Assembly: GCA_965656495.1 (NCBI GenBank)
Contig: CBFHKU010000001.1
Location: forward strand, 82,781 to 146,780
Reading direction: 5' to 3'
From: Coraliomargaritaceae bacterium
Lineage (GTDB): Bacteria > Verrucomicrobiota > Verrucomicrobiia > Opitutales > Coraliomargaritaceae
DNA length: 64,000 bases
The translations under genes were made by a program, and so were the position numbers. The notes under the pieces were generated by a model. The model had not been told where the DNA came from. It saw only the letters and a list, made by a program, of their open reading frames with translations, and searched no databases. Below, piece by piece: positions 42,597 to 53,900 of this stretch. The first letter of the stretch is position 1, and each line of letters opens with the position of its first letter.

Positions 42597-43755
42597 ATGC
42601 AACAATTGACACCAGAACATCGGGCCCAAATTGAGGACATCGCGCGTCGCGCAGGTCATATATGGAGGTATCTTTGACGGGGATGGTAAGTTAAGCGCTA
42701 TCGGGGAACTGGAGTCCCGCATGGCGGCGCCGGGATTTTGGGAGGATCAGGCTGCCGCGCAAAAGGTCATTAATGAAGCCAACCGCCTCAAGACGGTGGT
42801 CAATCCGGTGAAGGCATTTCGTGAGGAGCTTGCCGACCTCGAGGCGATGCTTGAACTCGTCGATGAATCCGGGGCGGACGAGGCCGAGGAATACGCGGAT
42901 GAAATCGTCACAACCCTCGCCGCGCTGTTCCCGAAACTCGATGCCCTTGAGCTTTCCTCGTTCTTGACCGGACCGCGTGACGCTTCCAATGCCCTCCTCA
43001 CGATCCACGCCGGAGCGGGAGGCACCGAAAGTTGCGATTGGGCGGATATGCTCCTGCGTATGTACACACGCTGGGGCGAGCGGGCGGGGTTTGAGGTCGA
43101 GACCCTCGACATTATGCCTGGTGAAGAAGCCGGAATCAGTTCCGCCACCCTACGCATCGCGGGGCCGCACGCCTTTGGCTATGCCAAGGCGGAACGGGGG
43201 GTGCACCGCCTTGTACGCATCAGTCCCTTCGATTCCAACGCCCGCCGTCACACTTCTTTTTGCTCGGTCGATGTCGTGGCGGAGGTCGAGGACGATGTTG
43301 AGATTGAAATCAACGAAGCCGATATTCGCACCGATGTGTATCGTGCGAGCGGGAAGGGTGGTCAGCACGTCAACCGCACCGAGTCGGCGGTACGTCTCAC
43401 GCACCTGCCCACCAATATCGTGGTGACCTGCCAGAACGAGCGCTCCCAGATCAAGAACAAGGCGACTGCGATGCGCACCCTCAAATCCCGCCTCCTTGAG
43501 AAAATAGAAGACGAGAAACGCAGCGAGCAGGAGAAATTCTACGGGGAGAAAGGCGAAATCGCCTGGGGTAATCAGATCCGTTCCTACGTTTTTCAGCCCT
43601 ACCAATTGGTGAAGGATTTACGCACCGGCGCGGAAACCGGAAATGTGCAGGCGGTTATGGACGGTGAGCTTGACCCCTTCATTCATGCATGGCTTCGTGC
43701 AGGGGGGCCGACTTCGCGCCAAAGAGCCAGTGAGCGGGATTCGAACGATGAGTAA
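42597..43755 (+). CDS. prfB: Peptide chain release factor 2 with programmed +1 frameshift
   Basis: ATG 42597 reads [26 protein letters not shown], then CTT-TGA-C at 42672-42678 with GGAGG just upstream. The +1 frame continues DGDGK... and has the SPF and GGQ motifs. Confidence 0.96.
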
Positions 43756-45178
43756 AACGGGAAACAGTCAGGCAGGATTGAGTTACGCCGAAGCGCAGTC
43801 TGCTTTTGCGGAGCACGACCTCTTTGAGAACAAGACCTGGCGTTATTCCCCCTCCGCATTTCCCCTTTCTCCCGAACAAGTGGCAACAATCCGTAAAATC
43901 GGGCAGGCTTGTTATGATTTCTACCGCGCGCAGGAATTGCTCTACCTGCGTTCCGCAACCGGAAAAAACCTCCTGCGCAACCGCGAACTCCAGGCGCCCT
44001 GGGTGGCGGAATACCTCGACCGAGGTAAACCGGAGACCTTGGTTCGCCACGCCCGCTCTGCCGCTGTCCGCGGGACCCAGCCCATGGTCTTGCGCCCCGA
44101 CCTTATCATTACCGATGACGGCTTTGCGCTGACCGAGATTGATTCCGTTCCCGGTGGCATCGGGCTGACGGCCTTCCTGAACCGCCTTTATGCCGACCAG
44201 TATGGCGATGCCCTCATCGGCGCCGCTTCCGAGGATATGTTGGAGGCGTTTTATCAAGTCTTGGCGAGCCGTGCTCCGCAGGTTTCCTCGCCTTACATTG
44301 CGATTCTGGTCAGTGATGAGGCTGCCACCTACCGTCCTGAGATGGAATGGCTGGCTTCACAATTGCGCCAGCAGGGCCGCCGCGTGCATGTCTATCATCC
44401 CAACGATGTCATGCCGCTCGGCGATGCCATTTGTGTGGGGATTGACGGCGACCCTCAGGAAGTCGATATAATCTATCGTTTCTGGGAACTGTTTGACCTC
44501 GCAAACGTACCCATCGCCGAGCATTTTCTTGCCGCCCGTCAGACCGCTCTGCTCAGCCTGACTCCGCCGATGCGTCATTTTCAGGAAGAGAAATTGAACC
44601 TCGCGCTCTTTCACCACCACATTCTGGAGGATTTTTGGCGGGAGAATTTACCGAAGGAATCCTTCCGAATTTTGCAGGAAGTAATTCCGATGACCTGGGT
44701 GATGGATCCGGTGGAACTGCCGCCCAATGCGGTGCTGGATGCCCCCTTGGTCGGCGGCAAACCCATTTCGCAATGGCAGCAACTCATCGAGGCGGGCAAA
44801 AAAGAACGCAATCTTATCATTAAGATCAGCGGTTACCACGAAACCGCCTGGGGCGCGCGCAGCGTTACGCTCGGCAGTGACTGTTCGCGCCACGAATGGG
44901 AAGACGCGATCTGGCAGGCCGTCACGATGGCGGAAAATTCCCTGCACGTTTTGCAGAATTATGAGAAACCCAAGCGCGTGACTCACCCGGTCTACACCGC
45001 CGATGGTGCCGTCCAGACCATGAATAGCCGCGTCCGCCTTTGCCCTTACTACTTCGTTGATGAGAAAAAGCAGGCCGCCAATCTGCACGGAGTCCTCGCC
45101 ACCCTCTGCCCCGCCGATAAGAAGATTATCCACGGTATGAAAGACGCGGCGCTTTTGCCCTGTTACGAGCGGTCCTAG
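43748..45178 (+). CDS. Hypothetical protein, probable ATP-grasp (glutathionylspermidine synthase / circularly permuted ATP-grasp-like) ligase
   Basis: RPDLIIT...[16 protein letters not shown]...WGARSV, VLQNY; overlaps the prfB stop. Confidence 0.6.
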   Translation: MSKTGNSQAGLSYAEAQSAFAEHDLFENKTWRYSPSAFPLSPEQVATIRKIGQACYDFYRAQELLYLRSATGKNLLRNRELQAPWVAEYLDRGKPETLVRHARSAAVRGTQPMVLRPDLIITDDGFALTEIDSVPGGIGLTAFLNRLYADQYGDALIGAASEDMLEAFYQVLASRAPQVSSPYIAILVSDEAATYRPEMEWLASQLRQQGRRVHVYHPNDVMPLGDAICVGIDGDPQEVDIIYRFWELFDLANVPIAEHFLAARQTALLSLTPPMRHFQEEKLNLALFHHHILEDFWRENLPKESFRILQEVIPMTWVMDPVELPPNAVLDAPLVGGKPISQWQQLIEAGKKERNLIIKISGYHETAWGARSVTLGSDCSRHEWEDAIWQAVTMAENSLHVLQNYEKPKRVTHPVYTADGAVQTMNSRVRLCPYYFVDEKKQAANLHGVLATLCPADKKIIHGMKDAALLPCYERS

Positions 45179-45314
45179 CGCCTGCGGGTCATTTGTGTGA
45201 CGGTTGAGCGAGATATGGCTTTTAATCTGCTTTAAGTCTTTTAAACGAGAGATATTTTTATTACTTTCTCCAGTTTTGAAGAAGCCCTTCAGGATCTAAA
45301 ACAGTAAATTTTCC

Positions 45315-47843
45315 ATGCCAAAAAAAACCACCACTAAAAAGGCTGCGGTCGCCAAGACTAAGCCTACCAAAAGCCCGCGCAACGGCTTCAAATTTCAGAT
45401 CGATTCCGATACCGCATCGTTGAAGGTCTCGATCCTGAACCACCTGCGGTTTACGCTGGCGCGACATGCTGAAAACGCCTCCCCGCAGGAATGGTGGACC
45501 GCTACCTGTTTTGCGGTGCGCGACCGTCTCCTCGACCGCTTCATGACCACCCAGGAAACCCATCATAAAAAGAAGGTGCGCCGCGCCTACTACCTCAGTC
45601 TTGAGTATTTGATGGGTCGACTCCTTTTGAATAATCTCCACAACGCCGGTCTCTACGATGCCACCCGTGACGCGCTCGGTGAATTGGGGCAGGATCTCGA
45701 TCAAATTGCCGCTGAAGAAGCGGACATGGGTCTCGGCAACGGCGGTCTGGGACGGCTGGCTTCTTGTTTTCTCGATTCCCTCGCCACCCTGGATCTCCCG
45801 GCGATTGGTTACGGCATCCACTACGAATTTGGTCTCTTCCGGCAGGAGTTCCGCGACGGTCACCAGATTGAACACCCCGACGTCTGGCAGGAGAAAGGTT
45901 GCCCCTGGGAAGTCATGCGTCCCAATTTTGCGCAGGAGGTGAAGCTTTACGGACGTATCGAACACCAGATGGATGACAGTGGAAATTTTCATCCCCAATG
46001 GGTTGATTACAAAACCGTGGAAGGCGTACCCTTTGATATTGGCATTGTGGGCTACGGCGGCAGCAGCGTGAATTTCCTGCGCCTCTGGGATTCCCGCGCT
46101 TCACAGGAATTCGACCTCGAAACCTTCAATGCCGGCGGCTACGTGGAGGCGGTCCGTGAAAAAGCCATCGGTGAAACCATTTCCAAGGTCCTTTATCCCA
46201 ATGATTCCACCGAGAACGGCAAGGAACTGCGCCTCGTTCAGCAATACTTCTTCGTGAGTTGCTCCCTGCAGGACATCATCCGCCGTTTCTTCGACAGCCA
46301 CGATGACTGGCAGGAATTCCCCAAGTTTAACGCCATCCAACTCAACGATACGCACCCTGCCATCACCATTGCAGAGCTCATGCGCCTCTTGGTGGATCAA
46401 TACGAAATGGAGTGGGAGGCCGCCTGGGAAATCACCCGTGCGAGCTGTAACTACACCAACCATACCCTTCTGCCCGAAGCGCTCGAAAAATGGAGCGTTG
46501 ATTTGCTCGGTCGCGTCCTGCCCCGCCACCTTGAAATCATTTTTGAAATCAACCGCCGTTTCCTCGAGCGCGAAGTGGAGGCCAAATGGCCGGGCGACGC
46601 CGCCAAAAAGACAGCGCTTTCACTCATCGAAGAAGGACAACCCAAGATGGTGCGCATGGCCTACCTCTCAGTGGTCGGCTCCACCAAAGTCAACGGAGTC
46701 GCCGCGCTCCACACCGAGCTCCTCAAGAAGCATCTCTTTGCAGACTTCCACGCCCTCTATCCCGATAAACTGATCAATATGACCAACGGCATCACGCCCC
46801 GCCGTTGGTTACTGGCATGTAACCCGGGACTCAGTACCCTTGTCTCCAAGAAAGTCGGTTGCGATTGGCCCCGCGATCTCGACAAACTTCAAAGCCTGTC
46901 AGATTACGCAGATGACCCGGCCTTTCAAAAGCAATTCATGGCAGTGAAGCGCGCCAACAAAGTTGCCTTTGCGGAATACGCCCTCGAGCACTGCGGTGTC
47001 AAAATCAACCCCGATGCTTTGTTTGATGTGCAAATCAAGCGCCTTCACGAATACAAGCGCCAGCACCTCAACCTCCTACATATTCTCACCCTTTACCGGC
47101 GCATCCTTCAAAATCCGGATTATGTGATGCAGCCCCGCGTCTTTATTTTTGGCGCCAAGGCCGCTCCCGGTTACGCCCTCGCCAAAAATATCATCCGTGC
47201 CATCAACAAAGTGGCGGAGGTCGTCAACAATGACCCCCGCATCGAGGATAAGATTAAAATCGTCTTTCCCCAAAACTATCGCATCACGATGGCGGAGCGC
47301 ATTATTCCCGCCGCCGATCTCTCCGAGCAAATTTCCACTGCCGGCAAGGAGGCCTCCGGTACCGGCAACATGAAGCTGGCACTCAATGGCGCCCTCACCA
47401 TCGGTACCCTGGACGGCGCCAATGTCGAAATTCAGGAAGAAGTCGGTGAGGACAACATCTTCATTTTCGGCAATACCGTTGAACAGGTTGAAGCCCTCCG
47501 CGCCCGCGGTTACAATCCCTACGATCTGTACAATGCCAATTGGGAACTCAAGGCCGTCATCGATTGGCTTCACTCCGATTACTTCACCCCCGGTGAGCAG
47601 GATGCCTTTGCGCCCTTGTGCCGGAGCCTTCTGGAGGAGGGCGATCCCTACCTCTGCCTCGCCGACTACGACAGCTATATCAAGGCTCAGGAATCTGTTG
47701 ACCGCGCCTACCGCGATCCCACCCAATGGGCACGCATGGCGATTCTCAATACCGCCCGCGTCGGAAAATTCTCCTCCGACCGTACGATCAGCGAATACGC
47801 CAAGCAGATTTGGAAACTCAAGCCCGTTGCGGTTCAAGCCTAG
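45315..47843 (+). CDS. glgP: Glycogen/starch/alpha-glucan phosphorylase
   Basis: [35 protein letters not shown] (PLP lysine), GTLDGANVE. Confidence 0.97.
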   Translation: MPKKTTTKKAAVAKTKPTKSPRNGFKFQIDSDTASLKVSILNHLRFTLARHAENASPQEWWTATCFAVRDRLLDRFMTTQETHHKKKVRRAYYLSLEYLMGRLLLNNLHNAGLYDATRDALGELGQDLDQIAAEEADMGLGNGGLGRLASCFLDSLATLDLPAIGYGIHYEFGLFRQEFRDGHQIEHPDVWQEKGCPWEVMRPNFAQEVKLYGRIEHQMDDSGNFHPQWVDYKTVEGVPFDIGIVGYGGSSVNFLRLWDSRASQEFDLETFNAGGYVEAVREKAIGETISKVLYPNDSTENGKELRLVQQYFFVSCSLQDIIRRFFDSHDDWQEFPKFNAIQLNDTHPAITIAELMRLLVDQYEMEWEAAWEITRASCNYTNHTLLPEALEKWSVDLLGRVLPRHLEIIFEINRRFLEREVEAKWPGDAAKKTALSLIEEGQPKMVRMAYLSVVGSTKVNGVAALHTELLKKHLFADFHALYPDKLINMTNGITPRRWLLACNPGLSTLVSKKVGCDWPRDLDKLQSLSDYADDPAFQKQFMAVKRANKVAFAEYALEHCGVKINPDALFDVQIKRLHEYKRQHLNLLHILTLYRRILQNPDYVMQPRVFIFGAKAAPGYALAKNIIRAINKVAEVVNNDPRIEDKIKIVFPQNYRITMAERIIPAADLSEQISTAGKEASGTGNMKLALNGALTIGTLDGANVEIQEEVGEDNIFIFGNTVEQVEALRARGYNPYDLYNANWELKAVIDWLHSDYFTPGEQDAFAPLCRSLLEEGDPYLCLADYDSYIKAQESVDRAYRDPTQWARMAILNTARVGKFSSDRTISEYAKQIWKLKPVAVQA

Positions 47844-47865
47844 GCACTGGCAACGGCCCGCTCAG

Positions 47866-48117
47866 TTAATCCTCAAGTGTGTCCCGTTTGCGAATGAGCA
47901 CCTTGCTCTCGTAAATCCAACGGTAGGGTTTTTTGCTGCCGCGATTGACCCGCCGTTTTTTAAACTGCACCGGCCTATCATGTCCGTTCGCCGAAACGGC
48001 GCTGGTATAGCTGGATGCCGGCCATTCCTCCGGATCCGGTAATTGCTCCATCGCCTGCTTTAGTTGGTGGATATTTGGTATGAACTTATTCGAATGGGTT
48101 CTATCAGATTCAGGCAT
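47866..48117 (-). CDS. Small hypothetical protein
   Basis: 83-aa ORF filling the gap between glgP and tRNA-Cys; protein-like composition. Confidence 0.55.
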   Translation of the reverse strand: MPESDRTHSNKFIPNIHQLKQAMEQLPDPEEWPASSYTSAVSANGHDRPVQFKKRRVNRGSKKPYRWIYESKVLIRKRDTLED

Positions 48118-48231
48118 AATTTTGGGGCAAAAAATTAAATTTTTAGCTTAAGAATACTTATGACTTAATAGTGTAGATTAATTTAAAACTTGTCTTTCAG
48201 GCAAAACTTTTTCTTTATGAAAAATGGATAG

Positions 48232-48305
<74 letters not shown>

Positions 48306-48321
48306 CCTTTTCCCCAAAGCG

Positions 48322-48475
48322 GGGTCTACACCAAAGATTGGGGACAAGGCATATATTTTGTAATTGTTGTAGTGTGATTAACCGCACTGTGCGATGACGG
48401 GTCTACACCAAAGATTGGGGACAAGGCATATATTTTGTAAGTGTTGTTGTGTGATTAACCGCACTGGACGATGAC
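48322..48475. repeat. 77-bp tandem duplication immediately downstream of tRNA-Cys
   Basis: GGGTCTACACCAAAGATTGGGGACAAGG...GATGAC at 48322-48398 and 48399-48475, with few mismatches. Confidence 0.9.
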
Positions 48476-48640
48476 CCTGAGACGGTAGTTATTAAAGTTT
48501 TTGAATCCGTATGCTCGACGCTGAATGAGCTTCATTTTTTCTGTCCGCATCTGTTGATCCTAAGCGTAGCTTGAATGTGGTCTGCGCCACGTCTTCGCTT
48601 GACGCTTGACTTTGACGGACACTTGTCCGACGGTAGTTTT

Positions 48641-48946
48641 ATGGTATCTTTTGTGACAACACGCGAGCTTTCTAAACGACCAGGACAAGTCATGTCAAAA
48701 ATGTCGGAGGAGGGGCCGCAGGTGATTACTCAAAACGGAGTACCTGCGGCTTACTTGATTCCAACAAGTGGGCGCGGGATTGAGGCGGATCTCGATAGTT
48801 TACGTCGCCTCTTACTAGGTCGCGCCTTGGATGCCGCGCAAGCTGAAGCGGCGTGCGCCGGTGCATCGAAATTAAGCATGGATGCGATCAACGATGAGAT
48901 TTCGGCCATGCGTAAAGAGCGGCGTAAAGCTGGGTCTGGCAAGTAG
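48641..48946 (+). CDS. Phd/YefM-family antitoxin
   Basis: FVTTRELSKRPGQV...PQVITQNGVPAAYLI; coupled to the PIN gene. Confidence 0.8.
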   Translation: MVSFVTTRELSKRPGQVMSKMSEEGPQVITQNGVPAAYLIPTSGRGIEADLDSLRRLLLGRALDAAQAEAACAGASKLSMDAINDEISAMRKERRKAGSGK

Positions 48947-49365
48947 TGGGAAAGTCGGCACCAGCTTGGGTGATCGATACCAATGTGTTAGTCTCGGCTG
49001 CATTATCAGCAGGTGGCACTTGCGACAAAATTCTGCGCGCGGCGGTAGAAGGAAAAATACGCTTTGCTTGGTCTGCTCCCATCCTTGCAGAGTATCGGGA
49101 GGTACTCTTGCGCCCAAAATTCGGTTTCTCGCCGCAGGTCATTGCATCGTTTCTGACCGTTTTTGCGCCTGGTGATCAAGTTGGGCCAGAATCGGCTCGA
49201 TCACTTCCTGATGCGGAGGATGAAATTTTCCTTGCGGCAGCACTCGCCACAACAGACCGTATCTTAATTACTGGTAATCAGGTGCACTTTCCAAGCGATC
49301 TGTGTGCCCCGGTAAGGGTTCTTTCGCCAGCCGAGGCCGTTCGATTGCTTGGTGCAGTAGAATGA
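48946..49365 (+). CDS. PIN-domain toxin (VapC-like, PIN_3 type)
   Basis: VIDTNVLVSA, EYREVL, DAEDEIFLAAA, LITGN. Confidence 0.85.
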   Translation: MGKSAPAWVIDTNVLVSAALSAGGTCDKILRAAVEGKIRFAWSAPILAEYREVLLRPKFGFSPQVIASFLTVFAPGDQVGPESARSLPDAEDEIFLAAALATTDRILITGNQVHFPSDLCAPVRVLSPAEAVRLLGAVE

Positions 49366-49804
49366 GCGATGTGAGCGCAGTCATGCGGTCGAATTGTTTA
49401 ATTCTGGCTCTGATTGTTTTGATTTGATCGACAAGCTGCAAGGACAAGAGATCTTTCCTGCAGTTTCTACTGACCGCACGTATCTCATTTGCTTTACTTA
49501 AGGTTTGGATTAGCGCCTGCGCTTCTTTGGAGAGTTCCATCTATTTGAGCACGTGCGAGACCGCCCCATTGTTCAATGATTTGTGCCGAGCAAATGCATT
49601 CTGCCATCGGATGGCTCGGTGGATTTCATGCTCCGTCTTCTTCGGGCGCTTTCGGATTTTAGGTGCTTTATGGCCACACTCTTTATGAACAGGGGAGAGA
49701 ATCGCACAGTTTTCCATGGGCTTCTTTCGGCAGAGGGCGATTTCGAGGGGGAGGGTGAATCCGCTTTGTCGCTCTCTGGGCACCGAATGCCTTGTAGCCC
49801 ACAA
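49268..49804 (-). pseudogene. Probable decayed mobile-element gene (HTH-like), split by an in-frame TAG at 49541-49543
   Basis: Two ORFs in the same frame read ...HRAIRWQ...VSHVLK*MELSKEAQALI, reminiscent of 'RVSQILxLLxLAPEIQ' HTH proteins seen next to recombinases. This is recalled similarity, not a search result. Confidence 0.4.
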
Positions 49805-49956
49805 TTTTACTGCATCAAGAAAGTAATCGCTCCAACGGAAATGTTACATTCTGTGTGCCAAAGTGTCGATTTTGTGAAAAAAACGTAATTTTTCCTTCCC
49901 AACGGTATATAAACGCATACACTTTGTATTCCAGTGAAGCGTATTACTATGCAAAC

Positions 49957-50100
49957 TGGATGTACACAAGGCAGCGTTGCCTTAGAGTCCATTCGCTTCA
50001 CCACTTTAGGTTCCGCGTGGAGCCGCTTTGTTTTCCCGGCAGTGCCGCATTCCCATTCGGATCGTGGCTTGATGCTGCCGGTTAACCCCAACAAAGGAGA
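49957..50100 (+). promoter_or_regulatory. Structured 5' leader (three hairpins, last one pairing into the SD) of the twin small-protein operon
   Basis: AAGGCA-GCGT-TGCCTT; GGTTCC-GCGT-GGAGCC; CTTTGTT/AACAAAG plus CCGGCAGT/GCTGCCGG plus GCCGC/GTGGC. Confidence 0.55.
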
Positions 50101-50103
50101 TAA

Positions 50104-50337
50104 ATGGAAAAAATAACCTCACAGCTGACTGATGTGATTAAGGGCATATCCGAACTCGGAATTGGCCTGATTGCACTTGGAATCATTGCTGAAATTGTCT
50201 TCGGCCAAGGCGCTATATTTGGTGCCAGCGTGGTCGGAAACTTATCCTCAATCGTGGCCGCCATCGGCGGTGAAAACGGTTTTATTGGCCTCGTTGCCAT
50301 CATCCTTATCTTCGCTCTGCTGCGCAAACGCGCTTAG
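50104..50337 (+). CDS. Small two-TM membrane protein, paralog A
   Basis: Strong AAGGAG SD; two hydrophobic segments; basic C-terminus (RKRA). Confidence 0.85.
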   Translation: MEKITSQLTDVIKGISELGIGLIALGIIAEIVFGQGAIFGASVVGNLSSIVAAIGGENGFIGLVAIILIFALLRKRA

Positions 50338-50384
50338 TGGAACTCAGAAAACAAAAGCAAAACTAACGTAAACCAACTACTACT

Positions 50385-50612
50385 ATGGAAGATATATCCA
50401 ACAAACTGAAATCCCTGATCGGTAATCTCTCCGATATCCTCATTGCTGCTATTGGCCTGCTCGTTGTGGTGCAGGTGGTATTCGGCACCGCAGGCAACCT
50501 CGATGTCATCAGCAACCTTACTGCTCTGGTTGACAGCTTTATCGGCAGCGGCGCAAGCCTTGCCAGCCTGGTGACGCTCGTCCTGATTATGGGCGTGCTC
50601 TCCAGAAAATAA
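50385..50612 (+). CDS. Small two-TM membrane protein, paralog B
   Basis: Aligns by eye with paralog A (ME.I...L...I...S......I.L.....VFG...V..NL...V........LV...LI...L.RK). Confidence 0.85.
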   Translation: MEDISNKLKSLIGNLSDILIAAIGLLVVVQVVFGTAGNLDVISNLTALVDSFIGSGASLASLVTLVLIMGVLSRK

Positions 50613-50643
50613 ACCTCAAGATCGCTACTTGAAGTTTGGAACT

Positions 50644-50673
50644 GGGAGTCCCTGAGAGGGGGCTCCCTTTTTT
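50644..50673 (+). terminator. Intrinsic terminator after the twin small genes
   Basis: GGGAGTCCCT-GAGA-GGGGGCTCCC followed by TTTTTT. Confidence 0.8.
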
Positions 50674-50727
50674 ATGTCCGGATAAAGCCTGCTGCTTATA
50701 CCATTTTGAAAAAGGTGTGGCCTGAAA

Positions 50728-50858
50728 TACCCCTCCCACCTGACAAGCAGGTGACCTCCCCTTCGCAGGGGAGGAGCTTTTTAGCTCCCCTCCTTGACGA
50801 GGAGGGGTGGCTCGCCCGCCCTGAGCCTGTCGAAGGTGCGTAGCGAGACGGGGTGGTG
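50728..50858. repeat. REP-like palindromic element containing a CCCTGAGCCTGTCGAAGG module
   Basis: Multiple short hairpins; the module is the near reverse complement of CCTTCGACAAGCTCAGGG at ~61364. Confidence 0.55.
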
Positions 50859-50927
50859 CCATTTAGGCCAAACCTTTATCGAAGTGGTATTAAAAGCTCG
50901 GATCCCTCTAAAACGACAACCGACCGA

Positions 50928-53900
50928 TTAGAAGGTAAAGGTTGCAGAGGCAGTTACCGATTTAGAGTCGGTGTAGCGGGCATTATTGGAGCCGGTGCTC
51001 ACCAGATTAATGTTATCAAATACATTATTAACGATTACCTGGAAGCGAGCCCGGGGGGCGTTTCTGCCCTTGCCCAGCTTGCCCTGCCAGCCCGCAAAAA
51101 TGTCGGTGCTGTGTTGTGCCTCCAGATAAACCTCATACCGGGGCGTGTCGCTTTCATAGTCGGCGTTGCCATCAAAATCCGTATCGGCAAAATAGGTGTT
51201 CAACAAGGCTGCGGAGCGATACTTCTGGTTGGCTCCAATGAAGCAATTTTTCAGCTTTCCGGACGGGAAGGTATAGCGCGCCGTGAAGTTGGCGCTGTGA
51301 TTGGAGGTGCCGGGAATGGTGAGGTCTATCAGTTCTTCGAGCGAAGATTTCAATTTGATGGTGTCCAGATAGGCGTAGCCAAAGAAAAGTGATAATTGCT
51401 TGGTTGGATTGTAGTATAAATCCAATTCAACGCCCTCGCTGCGGGTCTCCTCGTTCGCCACACGATTTCCCTTGGGGTCGAATGAATACCCGGTGATGTC
51501 GCCATCATCGTTCCTGCGGGGAACCCAAAGAGATGCGTTCGCAGCAATTGCGGTGCTGTCATCCATGACATTACCCGAGGCGGTGCGGGGAAAAATTTCC
51601 TGCAGTTGGGAGTAGGTGATGTTAGTGTTTTTTTCGTTTTTCTTCTCGATGCGGAAAGCGGTGAGCTGGGCGTTGATCTTGCCGTCACCGGAGCTGTATT
51701 TGAGACCCAGTTCGATGCCCCGACCGGTCTCGGGCGGGGTGATTTCACCGAAAACATCGTATTCGAAACCGGAGGGCGAGAGCACCGACTCGGCATAATT
51801 GCCAAAGACTCCCAATTCAGGGGTCAGCCAATACAGGCCTCCGATCGAGGGCGAAAATTCCACAAAAGTGAGCTGACTGTTATTTCTAAAGGGATCGCCA
51901 TCTTTGACGCTGGTATCGGTACCATCGACCAAATAATCGGTTAGGTCGGTATTTACTTTAATGGCGTCCATGCGCAAACCAATCAGGGAGCGGGCGCGGC
52001 CATCAAAATACGAGCCTGAAGCGGCGAACCAAGTCCCGAGGGTTTCCACGGTTGTTTCATTGTGATTGGTTTTGTGCATCACGTTGCTTTCCAGTGGAGA
52101 TGCCGCTAATTTTCCATCACGCACCAAGGCGGAATTGGGCTGGTTTAGATCCGTTTCATCGGAAATAAATCCGGACTGTGTGTTGTTGTAACGAATGACA
52201 TCATCGGCAAGTCCTGCGAGAAAATCGGACAGGTAGATGTAGTCGGCAGCGCGGTCATTGGTCATGACGACTCCGCTGGGTCCGGTAGTGGTGCCGGGTT
52301 GAAACTCCTGAAATTGCGTGAGTGTGGCCCCGCGCCGGTCTGCATCGATACCGATCAACAACTGTTGTTTGCCGATGGTGTAATCTTCATTGAGTTCCCA
52401 ATTTAAGGTGGTGCGGACGGAGATATTGTTATCTTCCCGGTCCTGCTCCTGCCAGTAGGGCGCAACGTAGAGCTTGAGTGTTTCATTTGCCCGACCTGCC
52501 ACTGCGGGATTGATGGAGCCGTCATCATTGACGGGGTCGGGCGTGGTATACATCAGGTTACCGGAAGCGAACAGTTCATCGATTCGGCTGTTCACAAAAC
52601 CACGGGTGGAGCCGTTATCCAGTTGCTCGGTATGATCGGTTACGGCTTCTTCAAGGGCTTGTTGGAATTCGGTCTGGCTGGCGTTTTCAAGCGCGCCGCC
52701 CGCTAAGTAAGCTTGAAGATCAGTATTGATGGACGCCGCTAATTCCGCTCTCTTTGCGTCTTTTTCCGCGTTGGTATTGGCGATGCCGTCACTGTTGGTG
52801 TCAATTGCATTCGATACGGACATTCCGGTGACCCAAAATCTTCCAATAGAGTTGTACACATTATTTTCGAAACTGGCCGCATCGTCTCTCAGCGCCTGTA
52901 CGTCTGTGTAGAGTCCGATGCGAGTACCGAGTTGCTCTTTGCTTTTCAATCCATTGGCATCCCAGTCATCATAGGTAGCATTACCCGGAGCGTTGGGGAG
53001 GTTGATGTTTGGTCCATAGCCGATGGAGTGTTTGAGCGTATTGGCAGCTCCCCGAGTGCGTGAGTAGCCGTCGAGTTTTTCGCCGGAGATTGCAACCTTA
53101 AGCTGCATGCGATCATTTATAATGTGCGAGATTTCACCAATCACATAATTGCCTTCATTCTCCTGGTAGGCGTCTGGGCCTACAATCGTGCCGGTGTTCT
53201 TGGAGTCGATACCAGCGTAGAAGTCGCGGATGCTGGCGCGTTTTTCTTCCATCGTGTTGCCGCTAAAATAATCCGGGATTAACAAGCCGGTTCGGCCGGT
53301 TCGGTCGGGGTCACTTGCAACGGTGCCGTTTGGATACTGACTGCGGAGAATGTTGCCGTTGTCGGGATCGTTGTAATCAACGATGTAATTGACCAGATCA
53401 TCGCTCATTAGGTCTGCAATTTTGGGGTCTGCTACAATATTCTGCGGCATGCCGGTGAAGCCGGATAAAGCCGTCCCATCTTGGAAGGAATTATTGAGTC
53501 GGGGCTTTTTGGAATAGGTGTTTTCGAGGTGGAGGCGGAGGTTCGTCTTTTTGCCCACCTTGGCCATCGCCTCCAGCGTCACTCCCCGGAAATCATCATA
53601 TTTATAATCCTGGTTAAACTCTTTGTATTTATCGGTCGCCATAACGCGCACCGCGGCGTTGTCACCGATGAGGCGGTTGGCATCGAACACATAACGCCTT
53701 GTAGCGTTATCTCCAAATTCCACCGTGTAACGCGTTTCGTTCTTACTGAAATTCGCGGTCTTTGAGATGAGGTTAATTTTGCCCCCGGGATCCGCTTGCC
53801 CATAAATCAAGCTATTGGCACCGCGAATGACATCGGCGCGTTGGATGTTGTAGTAGTCAACCGGAGAATAGCGCGGCATGAATTCATACAGTTGGTTCTT

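Noticed and set aside
48322..48475. Possible mini-CRISPR after tRNA-Cys
   Set aside because: The whole 77-bp unit is duplicated; there is no repeat-spacer alternation.
49807..50116. ORFs 49855-50085, 49934-50116 and 49807-50094
   Set aside because: No good SD or protein-like features; the region is better explained as promoter plus structured leader.
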